DNA of 64,000 nucleotides. Source: Promethearchaeota archaeon. GTDB lineage: Archaea > Asgardarchaeota > Lokiarchaeia > Sigyniarchaeales > SOKP01. Shown in pieces: positions 19,851-30,176 of this stretch. Below the pieces are notes generated by a model that saw nothing but the letters and a program-made list of their open reading frames with translations, was not told where the DNA came from and ran no database searches. Location: contig JBHLLT010000006.1 of assembly GCA_048938855.1 (NCBI GenBank), positions 1 through 64,000 of the forward strand. The letters are read 5' to 3'. A program made the translations under genes and the position numbers. The first letter of the stretch is position 1. Each line of letters starts with the position of its first letter.

Positions 19851-20624
19851 TCAGAGTGATTTACCACAAATTGGGCAGATACTCCACATTTTTTTAATTT
19901 TGGAATTACAATGAATACATACTTTTAAATCTGGATCAATTTCGGTTTGGGGTTTTCCAAAAATGGTTAGTTTTTCTGCAATGTATTCTTTAGAAGCACT
20001 GCTTTCCAGTTGCATATTCTCTTCTTGAGGTACATTAGTGGATTGTTTAACCACTTCTCTTTTAACACGAGGTTTTTCTAGTGGAGCCTCTGTAGGAGGT
20101 TTTTGGTACTTCTGAGGCTTTCTAGTAGATTGATCAATACTTTTTTTAATTGCTTCACTTTCTTGAGGTGTAGTTTCAGGTTCAGCTTCTTCAATTGGGA
20201 CACCCACCTTATAAAAAAAGTATTTTCCCTCATTATTTTCTATTATTTTTTCTCCATCCTCCAAATAGACTTCAACATAATAAATAATTACAGATCCAAT
20301 CGGTACTTCTGCAATTTCAGCAATGAAATAATCCATCTTTTGATCCATTTCCATTTGATACCATGAGTTGCCCCGATCGGCACTAAAAATTAGATTAACT
20401 GAAAAAATGGCTTTATTAAAAGTTTCTTCGGTAATTTTTACTACAATTTTAATTGTTTTTTTATGACTATCTTTAGTAACAGGTATTACTTCTGTATTAT
20501 CCCAAGAAGCCCCACATTTAGGGCAATTTGTAAACCAGTTAGGATATTCGTAACTACACTTAGTACATTTCTTTGTATAATATCTTGTTGTTTTTATTCC
20601 AAGTTTCTTTTTTTCTTTACCCAT
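19851..20624 (-). CDS. Protein with zinc ribbons at both ends and a central beta-sandwich-like domain
   Basis: CTKC...CPKC; 'SWYQMEM...AEIAEVPIGSVIIYYVE...ENNEGKYF'; CIHC...CPIC. Confidence 0.75.
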   Translation of the reverse strand: MGKEKKKLGIKTTRYYTKKCTKCSYEYPNWFTNCPKCGASWDNTEVIPVTKDSHKKTIKIVVKITEETFNKAIFSVNLIFSADRGNSWYQMEMDQKMDYFIAEIAEVPIGSVIIYYVEVYLEDGEKIIENNEGKYFFYKVGVPIEEAEPETTPQESEAIKKSIDQSTRKPQKYQKPPTEAPLEKPRVKREVVKQSTNVPQEENMQLESSASKEYIAEKLTIFGKPQTEIDPDLKVCIHCNSKIKKMWSICPICGKSL

Positions 20625-20791
20625 GTTTTAAATTCCAGTTTTTCGAAATTAAACTGCCAAATAAACCTAATAAATAAATAATAACTATTCCTAAATATAT
20701 TTTTTTTTTAACTTTAAATCTATTGAAATATTGATCAATTCTAGGGAAAGAATTAAAAATCATAAATTCAGTTAGCAAATAGAATTCATTG

Positions 20792-21973
20792 TTATGAAAT
20801 ATGTAATTTTCTTACAATCTCCTCTAATTCATTACTGAAATTTTGCAAATGGGATTCTTGTACATGTGGCATAATTACTACCCTAATTAAATTGAACTTT
20901 TTAAATTTACCAACCATCCAATTTCTTTTTCGTAATTCTTCATCAATTTGACAAATACTTTCTCCACTTTCAGTTGTAATGCCCACAATATTCATGATTG
21001 GATCTGTTGCTAACTTCAGTCCTTTTATTTCATTTATGCGATTGGATAAGTAGTATGTATTTTCCATACATTTTTCAACAATTTTTTTAAAGCCCACCTT
21101 TCCCAAAGATTTCATTATTGCCCAAAATGCTATCACCGTTCCTCCAGATCGAGTTCCAACTATATGCAGGTGTTTAAAATTCCCTCCAGCTAAATAAGGA
21201 ATTTCAAATCCTAATTTTTGTAAAATCGAAGAATCTCTCAGAAAAAAACCTCCTGAAGGTATGATTCCTAAACCCATTTTATGCGGATCGGCAGTTAAAG
21301 AATCAACGCCATTCACAGAAAAATCCCAGGGAGGTACATTATGGCCCAATTCTTTTAAAAAAGGTAATACAAACCCACCAAATGCAGCATCAATGTGAAA
21401 AAAAATGGCTCTTCCTTCAATAAGGCTTCCAATATCTAGTATTGGGTCAATCAACCCTAATGATGTGGTTCCAGCAATTCCTACAACTCCACATGTATTT
21501 TCATTAATAAGTGAATCAAAATGATTTAAATCTAATTCAAAATTATCCAGTAATTTTGCTTTTCTAAGTTTTATTCCAAGCAAATCAGCAGCCTTATCAA
21601 AAGATATATGAGCAGAGCAAGGTACAACAACTTCAGGTTTTCTGAGATCAGGTCTTAATTTTTTGGCAATCCTCATAGCTATTAAATTCGCTTCAGATCC
21701 TCCAGTTGTAAAGGTTCCAATTATATTTTTACCGTTAAAAAGTGTAGCAATATCTTTGACTAACTCTTCTTCCAATAATGCGGTACCCTGAAAAAGGCCT
21801 GGATCTCCCAGATTTTTAGAGATGTATTTTATATAAGCCTCAACTCCAACTTTATGAGGCTCTGTACACATAGATCCTAAGATTTCCCCCGTCTTGTACG
21901 AACAATCTTTTTCTAATTTCTGTGCTAATATCTTAAGTACTTCCCCTTTCTTTAGACCCTTTTCTTGCATCAT
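20792..21973 (-). CDS. mfnA: PLP-dependent tyrosine/aspartate decarboxylase (MfnA family)
   Basis: ILGSMCTEP, NLGDPGLF, GGSEAN, HIDAAFGG, DPHKMG, GTRSG. Confidence 0.9.
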   Translation of the reverse strand: MMQEKGLKKGEVLKILAQKLEKDCSYKTGEILGSMCTEPHKVGVEAYIKYISKNLGDPGLFQGTALLEEELVKDIATLFNGKNIIGTFTTGGSEANLIAMRIAKKLRPDLRKPEVVVPCSAHISFDKAADLLGIKLRKAKLLDNFELDLNHFDSLINENTCGVVGIAGTTSLGLIDPILDIGSLIEGRAIFFHIDAAFGGFVLPFLKELGHNVPPWDFSVNGVDSLTADPHKMGLGIIPSGGFFLRDSSILQKLGFEIPYLAGGNFKHLHIVGTRSGGTVIAFWAIMKSLGKVGFKKIVEKCMENTYYLSNRINEIKGLKLATDPIMNIVGITTESGESICQIDEELRKRNWMVGKFKKFNLIRVVIMPHVQESHLQNFSNELEEIVRKLHIS

Positions 21974-22081
21974 TACTAACTTTTATAATTTGACTTTAAT
22001 ATTATTCCCAACTTTATCTAAAAAGTAGAACATTTTAAATAATTAAAATTTTACAGCTTAATCGGAATATTATTAATTGAT

Positions 22082-22399
22082 TTAAACAAATCTTTGTGAA
22101 TCTCTTGTTGAAAATTTAGTGATCACTTTATTTAATTCGTGATATAAATCAATTTTATAATAATTTGATAAACATATTAAAGCATATAGGATATCTGCTA
22201 ATTCCTCCCCGATTTTTTCTTCATCATTTTGATTCTTTTTAGGTTTAAATCCTTCAATGTGATTTATTTCTTTTGCCAACTCACCAACTTCCTCTATTAT
22301 AGCAGATAACATTGCTAGAGGAGGCCAATACCCCCCATGTGTTGTGATCCAATCATCCACTGCTTTTTGCATATCATGAAGAGAATTCTTATCAAACAT
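22082..22399 (-). CDS. MazG-like nucleotide pyrophosphohydrolase
   Basis: GGYWPPL, EEVGELAKE, EELAD. Confidence 0.9.
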   Translation of the reverse strand: MFDKNSLHDMQKAVDDWITTHGGYWPPLAMLSAIIEEVGELAKEINHIEGFKPKKNQNDEEKIGEELADILYALICLSNYYKIDLYHELNKVITKFSTRDSQRFV

Positions 22400-22491
22400 A
22401 AGTACATTATTTTTTAATAATTTAAATAATCGCCAGAAAAAAATTTTAAATACATCTTTGTAATTAGTGTGATATGATTTTCTAACTTCTA

Positions 22492-23304
22492 CTATTTTTT
22501 ACTTAACATTTTTAAAATTGCCCATTTTTTATTGGGGAAATCAAATATCCAATTTGCCTTGCTTATGGTACTATAACCCAATATCAAATCCATAGGTATT
22601 TCAGTTGTGGAGTTAATATGAGTTAAATCAACTCCAGCAACAACATGAGAAGGGAATTCAATGTTATCAATAACAATTTTTTGCATAGTGAACATAGGGG
22701 TTTCTAATTTGGCTCCTGTAGAATCAGTACCCTTAGATTTTCCAATTTCTTCGAAAAATGAAGGATTTTTTTTAATAAATTTAATATTTACAACTGTAAT
22801 TCCTGCCCCGGTATCCCAAACTGCTGTGACTTTCAGTTCTTTGAATTGAACTTTGATATAAGGATGAAATTTCTCTCCAAGAATTAGTTCTTGAACATTC
22901 TTATAATTATGAATACCTTTTGAGCTGTCTACCAAAACTCTATTTTCATCGAAAAGAAAATGTAAACAGAAGTTTTTAAGAAGATCCATACCAATTAAAT
23001 TTTGAATATTGGAATAATTTTGAGATGAACGAGCTAATGTGAAATCACTTTTTGAGATAGGGCCAAGTTTAATATAAGGCACAGTAATTAAATCATCTTT
23101 AATATCAGCAAAAACTCCAGAAGAATTATTCTTTTGAATACTATCAAATTTAGAAGTGTATTCATCAAATTGAACAAGGGTCTTAGCAGCCCCCGTATCA
23201 AGAATAAAACGGTATTTTCTGCCATCAATTATTCCATCAACATATACCTCGGCAGCATCGATATCATCTTCGTCTGATTTTATTATTAAATTAAATCCAT
23301 TCAT
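22492..23304 (-). CDS. Tandem retropepsin-like aspartyl protease
   Basis: Two D-T-G-A motifs (FILDTGA, VWDTGA) with LIGMD/LILGY closing motifs; track start 23352. Confidence 0.85.
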   Translation of the reverse strand: MNGFNLIIKSDEDDIDAAEVYVDGIIDGRKYRFILDTGAAKTLVQFDEYTSKFDSIQKNNSSGVFADIKDDLITVPYIKLGPISKSDFTLARSSQNYSNIQNLIGMDLLKNFCLHFLFDENRVLVDSSKGIHNYKNVQELILGEKFHPYIKVQFKELKVTAVWDTGAGITVVNIKFIKKNPSFFEEIGKSKGTDSTGAKLETPMFTMQKIVIDNIEFPSHVVAGVDLTHINSTTEIPMDLILGYSTISKANWIFDFPNKKWAILKMLSKK

Positions 23305-23742
23305 CTTTACATATTTTTTAGTTATTAATAATTTATAATCGCTTGTATCCAATTTATAGTTTAAAATTATGAAGTTATATTGAAGTATAAATAATGATAA
23401 TAATGATTTGCTTACGTGTTAATTATATCAACAAGAATATCTTCGTAACTCTCTTCATCGATATACCTCTCACCGCTCTCAGATATTTCCAATTCCGATT
23501 TCCTCGAAACTCCATACAAAGGAGGGTATTTAGCAGTGTACCTGCCCAAATTGCGGTTTAAAATATCACTATGAAGATTTTAATATCTATTTTGATTTAA
23601 CGGCACATTCCTATTCACCATCGCGATATAGACTCTATTCCTCATAAAAAATGTGTATAATATTCTCAATTTTAAGAAGAACCGCAGGATTTATGACTAG
23701 AAACATTTTTTTTCATTTTAAAACCTGAAAGGAAAAAAAATA

Positions 23743-24513
23743 TTAGGATTTTTTAAAAATCCTTTTTATTATAATACCAGTAACGAAAATTACTATGCTT
23801 ATTATCCATATTAACCCATATCCAGGAATATTTGATAAAGGTTCACCATTTCCACTAGTGATTAAGACTGTGACCGAAATAACATTTGAATCTGTCACTC
23901 CTATTCTATTATACGCTCTAACAATGAAGTAGTAGGTGCCATTTGAGAAGCCGGAGAGAGGAAATGGAGACAACGCAGTTTGATTAGCTAGAGTTGTCAA
24001 TGTGCTATTGATTTCGCTTATGAAACTAGAATGGCGAAATAAAGAATAATTGTCGACCCCGAAGGCTGTAGTCCAAGTTAGATCGAATATACCATCTGGA
24101 TCTGGAGAACCGGCGTTTGAAGAAAGTATAAAACTACTCGGTTTTACATTCGGATTTATTACATCAATTGTCCTCGATATTGACCCACTAATGCTACAAA
24201 ATGCACGTGCTTGAATAGTTGCCCCATGTTTGGCAGTAACATTAAATTGATACATAAACGTACTTGTGGTAGGTTGACTTGTATAACCCTCTGATAATAC
24301 AATACTACCATTCACTCTAATTTCCACTAATTCTATATAATGTGTATTTGGATTTACCACATTGTGAGTAATTGTAACATTAAGTTCTTGTTTAGAAAAA
24401 TCGTAAGCTAGGACCATATTTTGAGGATTATGTGCTTTTACAGTTAATGTAAATAAACACAATGAAAAAAAGCAAAAAAGTATTAGCAATATTATAGTCT
24501 TATTATTTTTCAT
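23743..24513 (-). CDS. Secreted, membrane-anchored surface protein (His-containing Ig-like domain, Fn3-like domain, IPGY-TM-basic C-terminal sorting signal)
   Basis: Signal peptide ending VKA-H; 'HNP...THNV...THYI'; 'LTW...GTYYFIVRAYN'; 'IPGY'+TM+KRIFKK. Confidence 0.8.
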   Translation of the reverse strand: MKNNKTIILLILFCFFSLCLFTLTVKAHNPQNMVLAYDFSKQELNVTITHNVVNPNTHYIELVEIRVNGSIVLSEGYTSQPTTSTFMYQFNVTAKHGATIQARAFCSISGSISRTIDVINPNVKPSSFILSSNAGSPDPDGIFDLTWTTAFGVDNYSLFRHSSFISEINSTLTTLANQTALSPFPLSGFSNGTYYFIVRAYNRIGVTDSNVISVTVLITSGNGEPLSNIPGYGLIWIISIVIFVTGIIIKRIFKKS

Positions 24514-24990
24514 GCATATCCTACAAATCTTTTTATTGAAATAAATCTGTCTTTAGTAAGTTGAATAATTTAATATTTAATCATTTTCATTAAAAAATAT
24601 AGGATAATTGATCTTAGCTACAACACAATGTAATTGCTTCTTCTTTGGAATTCTTGTTATAGTATCCATACACTTTATATATCAATACGCTACTTCCTCT
24701 TTTATTCCATTTCCTATTAATAATCAGTAATTTTCTTTTTATAATAACGAGAAAAATTGGTTTTAACAAAGGTTATTACTAAAGGATATAGAATAAGAAC
24801 AGAATTAGTCTGTTATTTCAACTTTTCACCTATAAATTAAACATTTAAATGGTTAAACTGTAATAATTAGATCAAATCGATTGAATTTTTTTAACATTAA
24901 ATATTGATAAGTGTCTCCAGAATTATTTCCTAAATAGATAAGGTATGTAAATCGACTTCCCTATTTGATTGAATCAATTCAGCGAAACAT

Positions 24991-25626
24991 TTAGCGTATG
25001 TGATTTTTATTTAAACTTAACTTTTTTCTTCTTTTATAGCCAAGATATCTCTTGTAAATCAAAACTGCAAAACTTAGAATTATCATTATTGTAAAGATAA
25101 TTAGAAAACCAATACTTTGAAGGTCTTCACCAATAAGAACTCCATGAACGTAAGCCAGAAATAATGCCAGATAATTTAAAGAATGGATAATTCTCCAGAT
25201 CTTAATAATTTTTTTCCTAAGTAAGGCTCCAAAAACTGCAAGATAAATTAAAGGGAGAGCTATACGACCCCCATAGGTCCAAAACACAGACCAAGAAGTA
25301 AAATCTGGTAATAAAATAGTAAAATCTACAACAGAAATTGCAAGTGTTATAGGATGGAGAGTAAGAAATGCGATTCCAGTAATTGAAAAGATATGATGTA
25401 TCTTAACAAATGGTTTCCCGAAAACTTTATATAATTGAACTGCAAAAGGAGACATAATAGTTGCTACAAAAGTAGAAGTAAAACCAAATAAGGCAGCAAA
25501 TCTAATAATAAAATTGAATGTATCATAAAACGGAAATGGTGTCATAAGGAATAAAACTAAGATAAGAAGATATAAACTTATCGTTGGAAGAATTATATAT
25601 ATAGCTTCTCTTTTAGGTGGTGGCAT
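24991..25626 (-). CDS. Ferric reductase-like transmembrane (heme b) domain protein
   Basis: 'KIHHIFS...LHP', 'WRIIHSLNY...VHG' His pairs in TM helices. Confidence 0.8.
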   Translation of the reverse strand: MPPPKREAIYIILPTISLYLLILVLFLMTPFPFYDTFNFIIRFAALFGFTSTFVATIMSPFAVQLYKVFGKPFVKIHHIFSITGIAFLTLHPITLAISVVDFTILLPDFTSWSVFWTYGGRIALPLIYLAVFGALLRKKIIKIWRIIHSLNYLALFLAYVHGVLIGEDLQSIGFLIIFTIMIILSFAVLIYKRYLGYKRRKKLSLNKNHIR

Positions 25627-26009
25627 AATTTATAACTCAATAAATTAGAATTAATTTTTACAGTCGTAATTGAATTATTCTTTTTATATTTATATAAAAA
25701 TAGGTAAATGTATTATTCAAGTATTATTAATTTACTACCATATACAATACAAAGGGCATGGATTTTTTTTGAATAGTAGAATTAATATGGGGCTGTTGAA
25801 AATGAAGAGATAGATACCATGACATATTCAGAACGATTGGCATTAAAATAAATCTTTAAGTTTGCTAAACGGGAATTTAAGCAAAAGATGTCTTAATTTA
25901 AATTTAACATATCATTCAAAAAAAAATTAGGTTAATAATTAACTATTATGTAATCAAGGTGGATTGGTAGATCAACTGTAAATCAATTTATTAGCGCAAT
26001 CCCTTTTTT

Positions 26010-26232
26010 TTAATGAAAATTTTACTATTTTCGTTACTGCATAACTTGCTATCGAGATTGCTATTATTTATAGAGATATTGACCCTAATATTAAAGCACA
26101 TAAAAAGATCAATAAACCACGACGGGGGAATTTACTTTTGTGAAGCAATTTCACGCAATCCAAACACATCTCGTCTAAATCATTTGTTTCCTTATCTGAA
26201 ATCTTGCTTCCGCATCTAATACAATTAACCGT
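26010..26232 (-). pseudogene. Decayed zinc-finger plus TM protein
   Basis: ACG-VNCIRCGSKISDKETNDLDEMCLDC...GLLIF, then frameshift into LCALILGSISL*IIAISIASYAV. Confidence 0.5.
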
Positions 26233-26378
26233 TAAAATCCAACTCTAAAATTTTCTTGATGAAATTATTTATTCTTATTCTTATAAATTTATTGTAAGTC
26301 GCTTAAAACAATACAGAAATTCAATTATAATACTGTTAAAAGAATTTTATAACATTTTCTAAATTTAAAACAATCTTA

Positions 26379-26504
26379 TTAATCGAGCATATTCAAAAAT
26401 CTTCTTCGGTAACGATTTTGGCTCCTTGATCTTAAGCTTTTTCATATTTCACTACTCCTTGCTTGTCCACTATTCTTTCTTACAAGTTCTTCAGCTTCTC
26501 CCAT
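26379..26504 (-). pseudogene. BRCT-domain remnant (LigA/RFC1 C-terminal type)
   Basis: GEAEELVRKNSGQARSS / KYEKA*DQGAKIVTEEDF / NMLD*, with frameshifts, a stop and an internal deletion. Confidence 0.7.
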
Positions 26505-26811
26505 TAGTATGCAGGATTTCGTAAAAGGAACTTTTTATCAGCTTTTAAGGGAGTTTGTGTTAATAGAGAGAAAAGTTGGTTTTATTGGAGGATAAGACTA
26601 GGGGATATATAATAAAAACAGGATTTAGTATTAATTTATTCAACTTTTCTCATCGAAATATACGGAAATGCTATAATAAAACATTATAATATCTTTATAA
26701 TAATATAATGATTTTTATTTTTTACTGAAGATTATTTTTTCTAGTTCTTATATTTGCTAGACTTGGACAGTTTAAAAAGATAATATAATAAAAATTAAAA
26801 AGTAGCTTAAA

Positions 26812-28947
26812 TTATATAGAAAGAATTTCTCTTCTGCGAGCCTCCCATTCTGCTCTTTTTCCAAGATTATACCTATTTACCTCACTGTAATATCCTGTTA
26901 TTCTTGAGTATATTTTTACATCTTCAGAGAGACATTGTGGACAACTAAAATTTGCCCCTCGAAACATTTTTCTACAATGAGGACAATATGTAAAATCTGG
27001 TGAATAGGCAAAATAAGCGGTATTGGTATTAAGGCAAATATTTTTTGTAAGTTCCCATAAACCATTGATATCAGGCTTTTGTTCTCCCAACCATATATGG
27101 GTTATAACACCACCATTAACAATTGGATGAAAATCACCTTGTTTCATAATTCGTTCAGATAATGAGATTTCAGCATCATATCTAAAATGATCAGAATTAG
27201 TATAATAAGCTGACTTTCCACTCGACTGAGTAATTGCTCTTTTTGGAAAATGTTTTAAATCTAATCTAGCAAAACGTCCAGAACTAGATTCTGCTGGTTG
27301 TTCCCAAAGAGAATAATATTTATGGTCTCTTTCTGTCATGTTATTACATTTTGCAACCATATAGCTTAAAATCTTCTTTCCTAACTCATAAGCATTATTA
27401 TCTTCATGTAGTTCATAACCGGCAAGGCTTTTTACTGCTTCATTTAAACCTGTAAAACCTATTGATAGGTTTTGGTCATTGATATTAAAAATTGGTTTAT
27501 CATCTATTTTACCACTACATAAAGGTAAATGACCTGTCTTTAATCTCTTTTCCATTAGATTCCATTTTTTTTGAAGAATTTTTGCTGAAAGTTCCATTTT
27601 ATCATCTAATATCGAGAAATAATCATCTGCATTTTTAGATAAATATGCATACCGAGGAAGATTTAAACTAACACTCTGTAAAGAACCAATAGTAACGTAA
27701 TTTTCCCATATATTTACATTCTTTCTCTTTTCAGGATCAAGGATACATTGCTGGATAATCTGATTTCCGCTTAAAAATTTTCTGCAACATTGGCTATGAA
27801 TTTCATCCGGCATCCAATCTGGGCACATATTAAGGAAGTAAGGAGTTCCCATTTTTGCTACTTCTTCCATTATTTTTAAATATGATGGCTCAAATTCTTG
27901 CAACCATTCTTTTTTAATCTTAATCTCATGCTTTGGAAAGGCAAATAGCTTTCCATTATGATCCCCTTGAATATATACATCAGTTAATGCATCAAAGAGT
28001 TTAAGACATTCATCTTTGTAATCACCATATTTTCCTACTATATTTCCATGAGGTCCAACAGCAGGAATATCTACTAATCCATCGGGGATAGTAGGAGTGC
28101 AAGAAATTGATGTAAATGGTACCTGTCCTCCCCTTGCAGCAAATATCTGGTTTGTTTCAAAAATTAAACATTGCATTGATTGCTCTATCTCTCTTGAACT
28201 TAAATTACGAGCATAAGGGGCTAAAAAAGTAGTAATATAATCATATCCTTGACCTCCACTGAATTCACCTTGAATTATTCCCAACCATTTAGCAAGATGA
28301 GTAACTGCAACACGTAAACTACCAGCGGGACCTGATTTGCTACAATGTGCCCAACTTTCGACTGGAGGGAGTCCATGTTCAAGAATCATACGTGGATCCC
28401 ATTCTTGGCAAAATGGTCTTAAATCGAAATATCTTAACATATGTATGTGAATATCTCCATATAAGTGTGCATGAGCTTCTTCAGAATCTAAAATCCTTAA
28501 TAAAGCATATTCATCTGATATTCTATTCGCCGCCCAATGATGAATACTCTCAGGATTCATATCCTGATTTGCATTTTCATCTACTCCATATTCTAAAATA
28601 GCCTCATAATCCATTAATGGCATTCCTATTCTTGTGTATAATTTACGCTCATCTTCAAAATGTTGTTCTGATAATATAGAACATACTATCTCTCTAATAT
28701 GAGGGCCTGATAAAAATCTAATACCTGAAGATATTATTCTTCTTACTACTAATTCTGTAATCTTATCTGCCGATTTTTGCTCTAAACCTGTTTCATTTAT
28801 GAGACTCTGCTCAATTTTTGCTGGATCAAATGAAACTACATCGCCTTCAGTTCGAAATACTTGTGGTAATAATTTTATCAGATATTTACGCTTTATTTTT
28901 TCACTCTTTTTTTCTTCTAATGCTTCTGAATCTGATACTAAGACCAA
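26812..28947 (-). CDS. nrdD: Anaerobic (class III) ribonucleoside-triphosphate reductase with N-terminal ATP cone
   Basis: ATP cone 'VVSFDPAKI', HIH, SGGQG, SQCCR, PAES, YYTNS, CPHC...CPQC, glycyl-radical 'RITGYY'. Confidence 0.95.
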   Translation of the reverse strand: MVLVSDSEALEEKKSEKIKRKYLIKLLPQVFRTEGDVVSFDPAKIEQSLINETGLEQKSADKITELVVRRIISSGIRFLSGPHIREIVCSILSEQHFEDERKLYTRIGMPLMDYEAILEYGVDENANQDMNPESIHHWAANRISDEYALLRILDSEEAHAHLYGDIHIHMLRYFDLRPFCQEWDPRMILEHGLPPVESWAHCSKSGPAGSLRVAVTHLAKWLGIIQGEFSGGQGYDYITTFLAPYARNLSSREIEQSMQCLIFETNQIFAARGGQVPFTSISCTPTIPDGLVDIPAVGPHGNIVGKYGDYKDECLKLFDALTDVYIQGDHNGKLFAFPKHEIKIKKEWLQEFEPSYLKIMEEVAKMGTPYFLNMCPDWMPDEIHSQCCRKFLSGNQIIQQCILDPEKRKNVNIWENYVTIGSLQSVSLNLPRYAYLSKNADDYFSILDDKMELSAKILQKKWNLMEKRLKTGHLPLCSGKIDDKPIFNINDQNLSIGFTGLNEAVKSLAGYELHEDNNAYELGKKILSYMVAKCNNMTERDHKYYSLWEQPAESSSGRFARLDLKHFPKRAITQSSGKSAYYTNSDHFRYDAEISLSERIMKQGDFHPIVNGGVITHIWLGEQKPDINGLWELTKNICLNTNTAYFAYSPDFTYCPHCRKMFRGANFSCPQCLSEDVKIYSRITGYYSEVNRYNLGKRAEWEARRREILSI

Positions 28948-29367
28948 GGGTTATCATTCCTTTTTTTAATTCTTATATTTTTTATTATAAAATAACGCAA
29001 AAATGCGCTATGTTCAAACTAAAAATTTTGTCGATAATCTGAACTGAATTAAGAGAATTATTAACTGTTTATTATCGTTAATATTTTACCTCTTTTGATA
29101 TAAAAATTTATTTGTTTTTCCAATTTAAACTTAATTTATTAACACTTTATTTGATCCTTTAAAAGCTGCGTATTAAAATTACGAAAAAATTCTTAATCCT
29201 TTGGAGTCTTTCCAATTTCTAATTTATAAATTCTTAAATTGTATTTAATATGAAATAATGTCGAATAGTTCGTATAAGTATCCATATTTTTGCCATAAAA
29301 CCTTTATAAGAATTAATTACAGTTATATTTAAACAAAAAAAGTTAATCAAAAAATAAGAAAATAAGG

Positions 29368-29703
29368 TTGATTATGTCTGAAAGAACCATAAATAAAGAT
29401 AAAATTAAGCCTACTAAAATTATAGAGGGTGTTTATCGAAAAACTTTAGCTTATAATGATTCTGTAATGTTATGTCACTTCTTGCTTGAGAAAGAGGCAA
29501 AAATTCCCATACATAATCATAAAGAACACCAAATTGGTTATGTGATTAATGGAAAAATCAAATTTTTAACAGAAAACGGTGATTTTATTGCTATAACCGG
29601 AGATAGTTATGTTTTTGACTCTAATGAGAAACATGGAGCTATCTTGCTTGAAAAATCAGAAATAATTGAAGTTTTTCATCCTTTAAGAGATGATTATAAA
29701 TAA
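29368..29703 (+). CDS. Cupin domain protein
   Basis: PIHNHKEHQ...GDSY...HG...EVFHPLRDDY. Confidence 0.9.
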   Translation: MIMSERTINKDKIKPTKIIEGVYRKTLAYNDSVMLCHFLLEKEAKIPIHNHKEHQIGYVINGKIKFLTENGDFIAITGDSYVFDSNEKHGAILLEKSEIIEVFHPLRDDYK

Positions 29704-29743
29704 TAATAATTCTTTTTGTTTTTTTTAAGGAGAGTGGTAAAAT

Positions 29744-30097
29744 TTACCATTGATATGCTGCTATTGCGAAAACGGCTAGCATACAAAAGATAAATTCTGC
29801 TACAAGCCAATCGAGGAAATACTGTCTTTTCTTATCTTGATTATTTTTCATCTTTGAGGCTAAAGCAAAACTTATTCCGGAATTTGTACCAATAAAAATT
29901 ATAATACTAAATTCTACAGCATCTAACTCTAAATTTATAATATTTAAAACATTATCTAAGATTAACCAACCACCTAAAAAACCAATAAGTCCCAATAGAA
30001 ATAACCAACCTGAAAATTGGATAATTTTTATGAAGTTAATATCTAATTCTGAAAGAGTTGACGAGCTAACAACTGGTTTTTTTTTAATTTTTGACAT
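29744..30097 (-). CDS. Three-TM hypothetical membrane protein
   Basis: Three hydrophobic segments; co-oriented with nac. Confidence 0.7.
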   Translation of the reverse strand: MSKIKKKPVVSSSTLSELDINFIKIIQFSGWLFLLGLIGFLGGWLILDNVLNIINLELDAVEFSIIIFIGTNSGISFALASKMKNNQDKKRQYFLDWLVAEFIFCMLAVFAIAAYQW

Positions 30098-30176
30098 TTA
30101 AAATTAAACTCTCTACTTTTTGAATATTAAAGATTTAATAATTCTTAATCTTTATGATTTAATTTACTTTTTCAAA

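Noticed and set aside
23400-23650. GC-richer patch with a 'CTCPNCG' reading after an in-frame TAG
   Set aside because: Possibly a pseudogene, but no frame gives an identifiable product; no support for TAG recoding
26013-26219. 68-aa plus-strand ORF
   Set aside because: Shadow of the minus-strand Zn-finger pseudogene
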